Part shown: positions 1 through 9,600 of the stretch, piece after piece
How positions within the stretch are numbered: the stretch's first letter is position 1
Layout of the letters: every line of letters begins with the position of its first letter
Origin: Gemmatimonadota bacterium
GTDB lineage: Bacteria > Gemmatimonadota > Gemmatimonadetes > Longimicrobiales > Gaopeijiaceae
Assembly: GCA_034521595.1 (NCBI GenBank)
Contig: JAXHMG010000003.1
Span: forward strand, 1,376,001-1,440,000
Direction: 5' to 3'
Length of the DNA stretch: 64,000 nt
Translations under genes and position numbers: made by a program
The notes under the pieces: model-generated
Told to the model about the DNA's origin: nothing
Seen by the model: only the letters and a program-made list of their open reading frames with translations
Database searches by the model: none

Positions 1-206
1 CGGTCGTTCGCCCGCCACTCGAAGATCACCTGGAGCGGCTCCTCGAGCCGGGTGCTGGCCTCCAGCGCTTCGGCCTCCGCTCCCGGGTCCGCGACCGGCG
101 CCACGACCGCGGCGCGCCGAGGACCGCAGCCCGCCGCCACGATGCATACGACGGCCGCCACCATGCCGCGCGCCGCTCGGGGTGGCACAAAACGAACAGG
201 ATTCAT
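1..206 (-). CDS. Putative lipoprotein, N-terminal part (runs off the window edge)
   Basis: Manual translation from ATG at 206: MNPVRFVPPRAARGMVAAVVCIVAAG-C-GPRRAAVVAP..., a lipobox-like AAGC after a hydrophobic stretch; no stop before position 1. Confidence 0.65.
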   Translation of the reverse strand, partial: MNPVRFVPPRAARGMVAAVVCIVAAGCGPRRAAVVAPVADPGAEAEALEASTRLEEPLQVIFEWRAND

Positions 207-213
207 GACGGCT

Positions 214-219
214 AAGCTA
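214..219 (-). promoter_or_regulatory. Candidate -10 hexamer (TAGCTT), leaderless-type
   Basis: TAGCTT lies 7 nt upstream of ATG 206; no Shine-Dalgarno between. Confidence 0.4.
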
Positions 220-274
220 GCGAATCCCCGCCCGACAGCGGACCCGGGTCTTCCAACGGCTCCCGGTTCTTGCC

Positions 275-280
275 TACCTT
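275..280 (+). promoter_or_regulatory. Candidate -10 hexamer (TACCTT), leaderless-type
   Basis: TACCTT lies 7 nt upstream of GTG 288; no Shine-Dalgarno between. Confidence 0.4.
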
Positions 281-287
281 CGCATGC

Positions 288-1037
288 GTGACTCTTTCCC
301 ATCCGGTCTACCTCGCCTCCGACGTCCACCTCGGTGCCACGTCGTCCGCCCAGGAGCGGTCCTTCATGGCCTGGCTCGAGCACGCCCGCGGTGAAGCCTC
401 GCAGATCGTGCTGAACGGCGACCTGTTCGACTTCTGGTTCGAGTACCGCACGGGTCCGACCCGGGGCTACGACGAAATCCTCGCCGCGCTGCGCGAAACG
501 GTCGACCAAGGCATCCCGATCACCCTGATGGGAGGAAACCACGACTGGTGGGGTGGACGTTACCTGACCGAGGAAATCGGCGTCGAGTTCCTCCGGCATC
601 CGGTGACGCGGAATCTCGCCGGGCACCGGACCTTTCTCGCACACGGCGACGGCCTGGGGCGCGGGGACGTGGGCTACCGATTGCTCAAGCCGCTCCTGCG
701 CGGAGCGTTGGTCCGGTGGGGCTTCTGGCTTCTCCCGCCGGCGCTGGGCGACCGACTCGCGGGCCGGGCGTCCCGAACCGAGCACCGTTGGACCGAGCCG
801 ACCGCCAGACAGAGCGACCGGGCCCGAGCCCTCGAGGCGTGGGCCGTCGACAAGCTCGAACGTGAGCCGGAGCTCGACCTCGTCGTCCTGGGGCACGCCC
901 ACGTACCGAGCGCGCGCGAGGTTTTCCCGGGGCGGTGGTACGTGAACGCGGGCGACTGGGTCTACCGCCGCACCTACCTCGTCCTCGAAGAAGGCCACGC
1001 ACCGGTGCTGCACGAGTGGAAGGGAACACCCACATGA
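288..1037 (+). CDS. lpxH: UDP-2,3-diacylglucosamine diphosphatase (calcineurin-like metallophosphoesterase)
   Basis: Motifs SDVH, GDLFDFWFEY, GNHD, HGDG, GHAH, NAGDW; GTG start at 288 chosen. Confidence 0.85.
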   Translation: MTLSHPVYLASDVHLGATSSAQERSFMAWLEHARGEASQIVLNGDLFDFWFEYRTGPTRGYDEILAALRETVDQGIPITLMGGNHDWWGGRYLTEEIGVEFLRHPVTRNLAGHRTFLAHGDGLGRGDVGYRLLKPLLRGALVRWGFWLLPPALGDRLAGRASRTEHRWTEPTARQSDRARALEAWAVDKLEREPELDLVVLGHAHVPSAREVFPGRWYVNAGDWVYRRTYLVLEEGHAPVLHEWKGTPT

Positions 1038-1678
1038 TCGACCGCACCCGCGACACCGCTTGCCGGCGACCGGCATCCGCGCTGCCCGTGGTGGTGGCGC
1101 TGGTGTTGGGAACGGCGGTCCCCGGTCGGATCGCGAGCCAGAACGTACCGGAACAGCCGCCGCGAGCCCCTACGCCGGACGTGGTCCTCGAAGAAGCGCC
1201 CCGTGCCATGCCGAGCCCCGGAGGAGCCCTGCTGCGGTCCCTCGCCGTCCCCGGATGGGGACACGCGGCCATCGGCTCCTACGGGAGGGGCGCCTTCTAC
1301 GTCGCGGCCCAGTCGGGAACGATCTACGCGCTCGTGCGCACGCGGCTCCGCCTGTCCGAGGCTCGTGAGCGGGCAGCACGGAGGGAAACGGTCCTGCGGC
1401 GGGCGCTGGACGCCGAAGGGGTGAGCGACCCCGCCGTGATCCAACAGAGGCTCGAGGAGGATCCCAGACTGGCCGATGTGCGGGGGCTGGTCTCCGCCCG
1501 CGAGTCCCAACAGGAGGACTGGTTGGCGCTCGGCATCTTCCTCGTCCTCCTGGGCGGTGCCGACGCGTACGTCTCGGCGCACCTCTCCGCCTTCCCCGAG
1601 CCGATCGAGGTGGGCGTGCTACCCGGGCCCGCAGGCGGGGTCGAGCTGGCCGCGCGGGTGCCCGTTCGCGGTCCGTGA
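1034..1678 (+). CDS. Hypothetical exported/membrane protein (DUF5683-like)
   Basis: ATGA overlap with the lpxH stop; signal-like N-terminus; ALLRSLAVPGWGH and DAYVSAHL motifs. Confidence 0.65.
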   Translation: MIDRTRDTACRRPASALPVVVALVLGTAVPGRIASQNVPEQPPRAPTPDVVLEEAPRAMPSPGGALLRSLAVPGWGHAAIGSYGRGAFYVAAQSGTIYALVRTRLRLSEARERAARRETVLRRALDAEGVSDPAVIQQRLEEDPRLADVRGLVSARESQQEDWLALGIFLVLLGGADAYVSAHLSAFPEPIEVGVLPGPAGGVELAARVPVRGP

Positions 1679-1756
1679 CCACCGAGTGAAATGGAGCGCC
1701 CCGTCCGAGACGGCGCCGCGCCAGGGCCGAGCCGTCGGAGAGCGAGCGCAGCTGGC

Positions 1757-1853
1757 TGGCGGGAACGTGTGGGAATCGAACCCACCCACCCGGGTATTAG
1801 CCGGGCCGCACGGTTTTGAAGACCGCCGAGGACACCAGTCCCCCTCCGCTCCC
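1757..1853 (-). tRNA. selC: tRNA-Sec (anticodon UCA)
   Basis: 97 nt; 6-bp D stem GGGGAC/GTCCTC with TGGT loop; anticodon loop CTTCAAA; long variable arm; T arm GTGGG-TTCGATT-CCCAC; ends in GCCA. Confidence 0.95.
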
Positions 1854-1993
1854 TCTTCGCGACCCGTGGCGGAAGCCTGCCGCCACCGGATAGCTGGTCC
1901 AGCCCGCGTCCGTTCGGGGTACGCTCCGGAGCACACGGGCTCGGACGATAGGGGAGCCCCCCGCGTCAGCCAAGACCCCGCCTGAACGGGCGG

Positions 1994-2383
1994 TCAATCG
2001 GCCAGGCGCGCCACGCACTCGATCTCGACGCCACAACCCTTGGGGAGCGCCCCGACCTCGAAGGCCGCGCGGGCCGGCTGGTGCTTGCTGAAGTGCCTCC
2101 CGTAGACCTCGTTCATCTCGGCGAAGTCGCCCATGTCGGCCAGGAACACGGTAGTCTTCACGACGGACTCGAGCGAGGCACCGGCCGCCTCCAACACGGC
2201 CCGGAGGTTCCGAAGCACGAGGTCCGTCTGGTCCGCGATGGAACCGCGCTCGATCTCTCCGGTCACCGGGTCGAGCGGAATCTGCCCGGAGCAGAATACC
2301 CAATCGTCCGTGACGATCGCTTGGGAGTAGGCGCCGATGGCCGCCGGCGCGGCGTCGGTTTGGACGGGGTCGAGGTTCGGCAT
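1994..2383 (-). CDS. ridA: RidA/YjgF family enamine/imine deaminase
   Basis: APAAIGAYSQA, SGQIPLDP, VVKTTVFL, PARAAFEV, VEIECVA; AGGAG lies 8 nt before ATG 2383. Confidence 0.9.
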   Translation of the reverse strand: MPNLDPVQTDAAPAAIGAYSQAIVTDDWVFCSGQIPLDPVTGEIERGSIADQTDLVLRNLRAVLEAAGASLESVVKTTVFLADMGDFAEMNEVYGRHFSKHQPARAAFEVGALPKGCGVEIECVARLAD

Positions 2384-2431
2384 CGCGGTCACTCCTGATT
2401 CGGGTCGTCGAGGTTCTGATGATTCTTCGAG

Positions 2432-3427
2432 TCAACGCTCGGCGTGGAACGCACGAACCTGAGCCCTGAGCTCGTCGGGGGAAACCGTGGCGACGCCTGG
2501 CTTACCGACTTCGATCGCCGCGGCGTGGTTCGCGAGCATAGCCGCCTCTTCGACGCTCGCACCCGCGGCAAGCATGACCGCGACGACGGCCGTCACGGTA
2601 TCTCCCGCGCCGGAGACGTCGTATACCCCCCGGGCGACCGTCGGCACCCGTACCAGCTCTCCGCCTTCGGTCTGGAGGGCCATTCCCTCCTCCCCGAGCG
2701 TGAGCAGGAGGTGTCGCGCTCCCAGGTTTCGCCGGGTCGCTTCCATCCACTCCGCATCCCCCGGATGGATGAACGCACCGAGCGCGTCCTCGAGCTCCTT
2801 CGCGTTCGGCTTGAAGACCGTCGCCCCGCCGTACGCGAAGAAGTTGCGACGCTTGGGGTCGACCACCGAAGGGAGTCCGCGCTCGGCGGCCACCTCGAGC
2901 GCCCGCGCGACCACCGGCGGGACGAGAACTCCCTTGTTGTAGTCTTCCAACACGAGGACGTCGCTCCGCAATGCGAGCGCCTCGACGGTGTCGGCCAGCG
3001 TCTCGGCGAGCGATCCGTTCGCGTCCACGTCGACCTCATGGTCGAAGCGGACCACCTGCTGCCGCCGTGCCAGGACACGGGTCTTGACCGTGGTGGGCCG
3101 CGCATCGGTGCGGACCAAGCCTTCCGTCCGCACGCCGAGCCTCTCCAACGCGGCACGCATCGCCTCGCCGGCTTCATCCCGCCCCGCGACGCCCACCACG
3201 TGACAAGAAGCGTCGAGCGCGGCCACGTTGGCGGCCACGTTTCCGGCCCCCCCGACGGCGGACGACTCCCGCTCGACCTTCACGACCGGAACGGGGGCCT
3301 CGGGCGAGACCCGCTCCACGGCGCCCGCGATGTACCGATCGAGCATCAGGTCCCCGACGACGAGGACCCGCGCCCTCCCAGCGGCCGCGAGGAGCTCGTC
3401 GACGCGCTCCTCGGTCAGCCGTTCCAT
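2432..3427 (-). CDS. rfaE1: D-glycero-beta-D-manno-heptose-7-phosphate kinase (stand-alone RfaE/HldE domain I, PfkB family)
   Basis: VGDLMLDRY, RVSPEAPVPVV, GGAGNVAAN, DYNKG, DVSGAGDT. Confidence 0.88.
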   Translation of the reverse strand: MERLTEERVDELLAAAGRARVLVVGDLMLDRYIAGAVERVSPEAPVPVVKVERESSAVGGAGNVAANVAALDASCHVVGVAGRDEAGEAMRAALERLGVRTEGLVRTDARPTTVKTRVLARRQQVVRFDHEVDVDANGSLAETLADTVEALALRSDVLVLEDYNKGVLVPPVVARALEVAAERGLPSVVDPKRRNFFAYGGATVFKPNAKELEDALGAFIHPGDAEWMEATRRNLGARHLLLTLGEEGMALQTEGGELVRVPTVARGVYDVSGAGDTVTAVVAVMLAAGASVEEAAMLANHAAAIEVGKPGVATVSPDELRAQVRAFHAER

Positions 3428-4515
3428 GGCCCCCGCCCCCTTGCCTCCAGGGAAACCCAACGGTGCCGTCCTTCCTCTGTTCCCAACAGCCGGTCCTGGA
3501 GATTGACCGAGACGCACACGTGGTTCGGCACGATTCGGATCCGCTCTCCGACTTCCGGCGTCCACGTGGATTCCGCCACGCCCAGGATGCCGTGCTCTTC
3601 GGACAGGCCCCGCACGGAGACCTCGGGGTGCTCGAGCACGATGCCGTACCCTTCGTCGCCACCCCGTTCTTCCTTGGCGAGCGCCTTCGAGCCCGCGTCC
3701 ACGATCGCCCGGCCCGGGACCGAGGTGCTCACGACCGTCGTCAACACGGTATAGGCCAGGTCATCGGCCGAAGCGACTCCGACCGCGAGGCCTTCGCGGT
3801 CGAAAAAGATGCACGAGCCGGAGCGGATCTCCGTGAGCCCCGCGATCTCGTGGCTGCGCCACAGCGTCGGGGTGGAGCCCCCGCTCACGATCTCCGGGGC
3901 CAGATCGGCTTCGCGCAACGTCTCCACGATCTGCGTCACCAGGGCCGAGACGCGTGCGAGCGCCTCACCCTGATCGGCGCGCGGGCCTCGAATGTGCCCC
4001 GGATAGAACGCGACACCGCGGAACGCCACTCCCGGAAGAGTCGCCGCTCGCCGCGCCAACGCCAGCACCTCCGCGGCGGTCCCGACCCCCACCCGACCCA
4101 GGCCCACGTCCACCTCGACGAGCACGCCGACCCGCGCTCCGGCGGCCGCGGCCGCGGCCGACAGGGGACGGAGCACCGCCTCGGAATCGAGCACGACCTT
4201 CAAGTCCGCTCGCAGGGCGAGGCGCACGACCCGCTCGAGCTTTTCCTCTCCGACCGGAGGGTAAGCCAAGAGCAAGTCGTCGGTGAGGCTCGCCATCACC
4301 TCCGCTTCGCGCGGCGTCGCAACGGTAAGACCGTGCGCTCCGGCGTCGAGCTCCAGGCGCGCGAGCTCCAACGACTTGTGCGTCTTGATATGGGGCCGCC
4401 ATGCGAGCCCGTGCTCCGCACCGTAGTCGGCAACGGCCCGGGCATTGCTCCGGGCCCGAACCAGGTCGACGTATCCGACCGGCGTCTCGACGCGGTCGGG
4501 GTCAGGGACGGCCAC
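3415..4515 (-). CDS. PLP-dependent fold-type III enzyme (D-threonine aldolase / D-serine dehydratase family)
   Basis: ETP, RPHIKTHK (PLP lysine), GRVG, SGGSTP, DAGSKAL, LSEEHG, PNHVC; GTG start at 4515 is uncertain. Confidence 0.85.
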   Translation of the reverse strand: MAVPDPDRVETPVGYVDLVRARSNARAVADYGAEHGLAWRPHIKTHKSLELARLELDAGAHGLTVATPREAEVMASLTDDLLLAYPPVGEEKLERVVRLALRADLKVVLDSEAVLRPLSAAAAAAGARVGVLVEVDVGLGRVGVGTAAEVLALARRAATLPGVAFRGVAFYPGHIRGPRADQGEALARVSALVTQIVETLREADLAPEIVSGGSTPTLWRSHEIAGLTEIRSGSCIFFDREGLAVGVASADDLAYTVLTTVVSTSVPGRAIVDAGSKALAKEERGGDEGYGIVLEHPEVSVRGLSEEHGILGVAESTWTPEVGERIRIVPNHVCVSVNLQDRLLGTEEGRHRWVSLEARGRGPWNG

Positions 4516-4573
4516 TACCCGGAAGCGCGGTGAACATGGCTCGAGACCGCGCGACGCCGGACGCCTCGACCGC

Positions 4574-5116
4574 TCACAGCACCGCGTCCAGGGCCGCGAG
4601 AAACTCGGGATCGCCCTCGGGGATCGGACCGAAGCGCAGCCAGCGCAGCGTCCCCTCCCGGTCGATGAGGAAAGTCGCCGGCAGCCCGAGCGCCTGGTAG
4701 ATGTCCATTGCGCGCATCGCGGGGTCGTGGAGGATCGTGTAGCCCACCTCGTACTCGTCCACGAACATCCGCACCGCATCGGTCTGGTTCCGCGTGTCCA
4801 TCGACACCCCGACGATCTCGAACCCCTCGTCGCGACGCTCCTCGTAGATCTCCTGCAGGTAAGGGGTCTCTTCGCGGCACGGCGTGCACCACGTGGCCCA
4901 TAGGTTGAGCAGGACCACGTCGCCGCGGAGTGACTCGAGCGACACCGTATCCCCGGCCAGGGTAGCAGCTTCGTATGGACGGGCGGGCTCCCCCACCCGC
5001 GGCGCGCCCCTTTCCCGTTCCTGGGACGCACAGCCTCCTGCCACCCCCAGGCACGCGGCCACCAGGACACCCCTTGCCCACTTTGCCGTTCGCCGTGTCG
5101 TCATCGGTGTGTTCAT
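4574..5116 (-). CDS. TlpA/ResA family thiol-disulfide oxidoreductase, lipoprotein
   Basis: LNLWATWCTPCREE (CxxC); cis-Pro loop GLPAT; lipobox AGGC. Confidence 0.9.
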   Translation of the reverse strand: MNTPMTTRRTAKWARGVLVAACLGVAGGCASQERERGAPRVGEPARPYEAATLAGDTVSLESLRGDVVLLNLWATWCTPCREETPYLQEIYEERRDEGFEIVGVSMDTRNQTDAVRMFVDEYEVGYTILHDPAMRAMDIYQALGLPATFLIDREGTLRWLRFGPIPEGDPEFLAALDAVL

Positions 5117-6354
5117 CGTGGGGATTCCTCCAACTCGAGCTTGGACACGCGGACCTGTGAGCGCTCGCCCTGAACGTCGGTCCAGGTGACCAGCACCGCA
5201 CCGTCCGCCGCCCGGGCCATGCGTGGAAAGCCGCTCGCCCGCGCGACCGACGACTCCGTGACGGTCTCGCTCGGTCCCGCGGTTCCGTCCGCACGCACCT
5301 CGCGGAGACGCAGGGCCCCGGCCTCTTCACCCGTCTGTTCGAGCCAGCTCACCAACGCCCGGTCCTCGTCCAGGAGGAGAACATCCACCCGGCCCACGGG
5401 GTTCCCGTCGTCCACGACCACCGGCGCGTCGAAATCGGCCCCCGAGCTCGACGAGAACGCCACCTTGACGCGAGGGATGTCGTCGGGCGCGGTGAACCAA
5501 GCCACCGCGACACGGCTGCTCCGCGCCGCCACCGCCGGACCGTTCACCGGGCAACCACCGATCTTCCATCCGTCGTCATGCACGGCGACGCCCGTCGACC
5601 AACCGTCGTCGAGGCGTCGCGTGACGTAGATGTCACGAATCTCGGCGTCGGTCCGGTCCCTATATACGATCACCGGGCCGTCGTCGGTCATGGCGGCATC
5701 GGTCTGGCAACAGTCACAGACCCGGGGATCGACGAGCGTCTCGGGACCCGCTTCGCCGTCCGTGCCCATCGTGCGGTAACGAAGGGTCATCTCCTGCGTC
5801 GCCGGAGCGCCGTCCGGGCCTTCGACGTACTTACGACCGTCGAGCCATGCCAACCCGACCCGGTCCTCGAGCGACAAGACCGACACGAACCCGTGCTCCG
5901 TCGGCGTTCCGTCCTCGTGAGGAGTCCACGCATCGGACCACGTGCCGCCGTCGTCGTCCGAATGCACGACGCGGACGGAATAATCGTACCCGCCGGTCTC
6001 ACCCCGCTCGAGCCAGTGCGCCCAGAGGGTCCCGTCCCGAGTTGGAGTGATCGACGGGAAGTCGGCCCAGTTCACGAAGAAGCGGTCGCTGCGCTGTACC
6101 GTTCGGACTTCGCCCCAACCGTCGCCCGTGAACGCCGCGAAGCGGAGCTCGTGCGCACCGTCCGCCACTTCTTCGAGCCAGCTCAAGAAGACCCGGTCGT
6201 CACCGGACGCCAGGAACGGCTCCCCGCTCCCCACACCCGCTGGAGTGTCCAGGACCTCGGTAGACACAAATGGCGAGTCCGGGGTATCAGGGGCACAGGC
6301 GACCGCGATGAGTGCCGCCAACGTCAGGGAAATCCGAACGGAAGCTGTGTTCAT
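5113..6354 (-). CDS. BNR/Asp-box (sialidase-like) beta-propeller lipoprotein
   Basis: Lipobox AVAC; Asp-box SDDDGGTW; NWADFP, TEHGFVS, VCDCCQT and GCPVNGP motifs; overlaps the tlpA start. Confidence 0.75.
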   Translation of the reverse strand: MNTASVRISLTLAALIAVACAPDTPDSPFVSTEVLDTPAGVGSGEPFLASGDDRVFLSWLEEVADGAHELRFAAFTGDGWGEVRTVQRSDRFFVNWADFPSITPTRDGTLWAHWLERGETGGYDYSVRVVHSDDDGGTWSDAWTPHEDGTPTEHGFVSVLSLEDRVGLAWLDGRKYVEGPDGAPATQEMTLRYRTMGTDGEAGPETLVDPRVCDCCQTDAAMTDDGPVIVYRDRTDAEIRDIYVTRRLDDGWSTGVAVHDDGWKIGGCPVNGPAVAARSSRVAVAWFTAPDDIPRVKVAFSSSSGADFDAPVVVDDGNPVGRVDVLLLDEDRALVSWLEQTGEEAGALRLREVRADGTAGPSETVTESSVARASGFPRMARAADGAVLVTWTDVQGERSQVRVSKLELEESPR

Positions 6355-6618
6355 GGGCCGATCCACCGAGGGTCCGAGGAAGCCCGATCGCCGGCGACGG
6401 GCTTCCGGCTTGCGCCGAGACGCGCAGGCCCGGAGAATCTCGGTACAGGTCCCCACCCCGGTCAAACGGGACGGCGGTCGGGACGCGACGCCGACGGGAA
6501 CCGCTGAGCGCGCTGAACGGCTTCGTGAATGTGCAAGTCTTTCTCGCTCACTCGTCCTACGTTCGTGTAGTGAGCATGCCGGTCGACCGGAACTCAACGA
6601 GAACATCAGGTGGTGACC

Positions 6619-9600
6619 ATGCGTTTCACCAGCAGCGGCACGACGCGACTTCTGGCGGCATTCATTCTGGCGTCGAGCGTGACGGTGGCGCTCCCCGGGG
6701 AAGCCTCCGGACAGTATTTCGGGCGGAACAAGGTCCAGTTCGAGGATTTCGATTTCCGAACCCTCGAACTCGATCACTTCGACCTCTATTTCTACGGCGA
6801 CGACCCCGAGCCCATCGAGGACGCGGCCCGCATGGCCGAGCGCTGGTACGAGCGGTACGCCCGGACGTTCCAGCACGAGTTCGAGAAATCCAAGCCGCTG
6901 ATCCTCTACCGGAATCATCCCGACTTCCAGCAGACGAACACGCTCCGCGGGAACATAGGCGGGGGAACCGGAGGCGTCACGGAATCCCTGAAGAACCGGG
7001 TGATCATGCCACTCACCGGTTCCTACTGGGACACGGACCACGTGCTGGGCCACGAGCTCGTCCACGCCTTCCAGTACAACATCGCACAGTCTCGCAGGGG
7101 CGGCGGCCTCCAGAGCCTCAGCGGCCTTCCCCTTTGGCTCGTGGAAGGCATGGCCGAGTACCTGTCGGTAGGCCGGACGGATCCCCTCACGGCGATGTGG
7201 ATGCGGGACGCGATCCGTCGTGACGAGTTCCCGACCATTCAGCAGATGACGAACGACTCGCGCTTCTTCCCGTACCGCTTCGGCCAGGCGCTGTGGGCGT
7301 ACATCGGCGGGACCTACGGTGACGACGCCGTCATCCAGATCTACCGCCGCTCCCTCCGTGGCGGCTTCCAGAGCGCCGTCCGCCAGGTAATCGGCCAGAC
7401 CGCCGATACGCTGTCCGCACGGTGGAAGAAACAGGTCGAGGAGGACTACATGCCGGTGATCGAGGGCCGTGAGGCGCCCTCCGAGCAGGGTAATCTGATC
7501 CTGGCCCCGAGCACCGGATCCGGGAGTGTGAACATCTCGCCGTCGATCAGCCCGGACGGCCGGTTCGTCGCCTTCCTCTCGGAGAAGGATCTCTTCTCTG
7601 TCGATCTCTTCCTGGCGAACGCCGAGACCGGCGAGATCGTGCGCAAGCTGTCGAGCGCGAACTCCGACCCGCACATCGAAGCGCTCCGGTACATCGACTC
7701 GTCCGGGACTTGGTCGCCCGATTCACGGTTCTTCGCGTATTCCGTGACGGCCGGCGGGGACAACCGCATCGTGATCGTGGATGCCGAAAGCGGCTCCATC
7801 GAGCGGAGGATCGACCCGGGGATGAACATCGGTTCGCTCACCAATCCGTCTTGGTCCCCGGACGGCCGGTACATCGCCTTCTCGGGGATGGTGGACGGGA
7901 TCAGCGACCTCTTCGTCTTCGACCTGGAAACCGGCACGACCGAACGCCTCACTCAGGACAAGTACGCCGACCTCCAGCCGTCCTGGTCTCCGGACGGCCA
8001 GAATATCGTCTTCACCACCGACCGTGGCCCCGAGACCGATTTCGAAGAGCTCACCTACAGCGCGTTCCAACTCGCGACCATCGACGTGGGCACCCGTGAG
8101 GTCACGGCCATCCCGGTCTTCGGAAACGTCAAGCACATCAACCCGCAGTATTCGGCGGACGGCTCCGAGCTCTATTTCATCTCGGATCGGGACGGCGTGA
8201 GCGACATCTACGCGCTCGACCTGCAGAACGGCGACGTCAGAAGAATCACCAACCTCGCCACGGGCGTCAGCGGGCACACGTACGCCTCGCCCGCCATGTC
8301 GGTGGCGCGCTCGGGACTCGCGGCCTACACCGTATTCGACGAGATGGAGTTCCATGTCTACACCCGGTCGATGGACGAGGGGACCGTCGTCGCTTCGGTC
8401 GACGAAAACGTCGATTTCCCGGGCCGCCGCCTTCCGCCGGTGAATCCCGATCGGTTCAGCCGCATCGAGACCTACCTCGCGGACGCCGACACGGGCCTGT
8501 ACCCGTCCGGCACCTTCGACGCCTCCGAGGAAGCCGAAGACTACGACTCGAGTCTGTCGCTCGATTACGTGGGACAACCCTCGATCGGCGTGGGCACGGA
8601 CAACTTCGGAAACTACGCGAGCGGCGGAGCCTCGGCCTACTTCAGTGACATGCTCGGCAATCGGGTGCTCGGGGTCCAGATTCAGGCTCAGGGCACGTTC
8701 AAAGACATTGGGGGACAAGCCTTCTATACCGACCTCTCGGACCGCTGGAACTGGGGCGTGGGCGGCGGACGCATCCCCTACAGGCTGGGCTTCTACGAGT
8801 TCAACGAGGACGAGCTCGGTCCCTACATCGGCCAAACCCAGTTCCGGATCTTCAACACCTCGATCACGGGCCAGCTCTCCTATCCCTTCTCGTCGACCCG
8901 AAGGGTCGAATTCGGCCTCGGGGCGACCCGTTACAGCTACGATGTCCAGGTCGACAAATTCTATGTCGATCAGTTCAATCGGGTGATCCATTTCGAGCGT
9001 GAGGACCGTAACGATCAGGCGCCGGACCCGCTGAACATGGCCGAAGCGTCAGCAGCGCTCGTCGGGGACAACGCCTTCTTCGGGTTCGTATCGCCGGTGC
9101 GCGGAGGCCGTTACCGTCTCGAGGCACAGCAGACGCTGGGTGATGTCGACTTCACGACCTTGATCGCCGACTGGCGACGCTACTTCGCTCCGAATCGCAA
9201 CCTGACCATCGGTGTGCGGGGGATGCACTACGGACGGTACGGGCTCGAACCCGAAGGGCCATCCCAGGACGGATTCGGAATTCTGAACCCCCTCTTCCTC
9301 GGCCACGAGACACTCGTCCGGGGATACGCGTGGGAGAGCTTCCAAAGCTCCGAATGTGAAGCCAGCTCCACTGCGGAAAACACCTGCCCGACCCTGAACC
9401 GTCTCCGAGGCCAGCGCATCGGTGTCGCGAACCTCGAGCTCCGCGTCCCGTTCATAGGGGTCGAAGAGTACGGCATCATCAACTTCCCCTTCCTGCCGAC
9501 CGAGCTCGTGGCGTTCGCGGACGCGGGCCTGGCGTGGAACTCGAACGATGAGTTCAACCTCGAGTTCTCGCGCTCGTCGACGGATCGGATCCCGGTCATG

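Noticed and set aside
1679-1756. Integration scar or tRNA-linked repeat downstream of selC
   Set aside because: No duplicated selC 3' end and no ACACCCGCT..GGCCGCTCGG core; only a weak GC-rich hairpin.
4574-5116. Selenoprotein candidates among TlpA, FmdB, the zinc-ribbon protein and the Cys-rich protein
   Set aside because: All redox/metal motifs use Cys codons; the TGA stops fall at natural C-termini, and I saw no family-like continuation beyond them.
5113-7674. Over-long ORF calls (853 aa here; also 16682-19087, 38547-39998, 3415-5070)
   Set aside because: The N-terminal extensions overlap real neighbouring genes; family motifs or signal peptides begin at the later starts used above.
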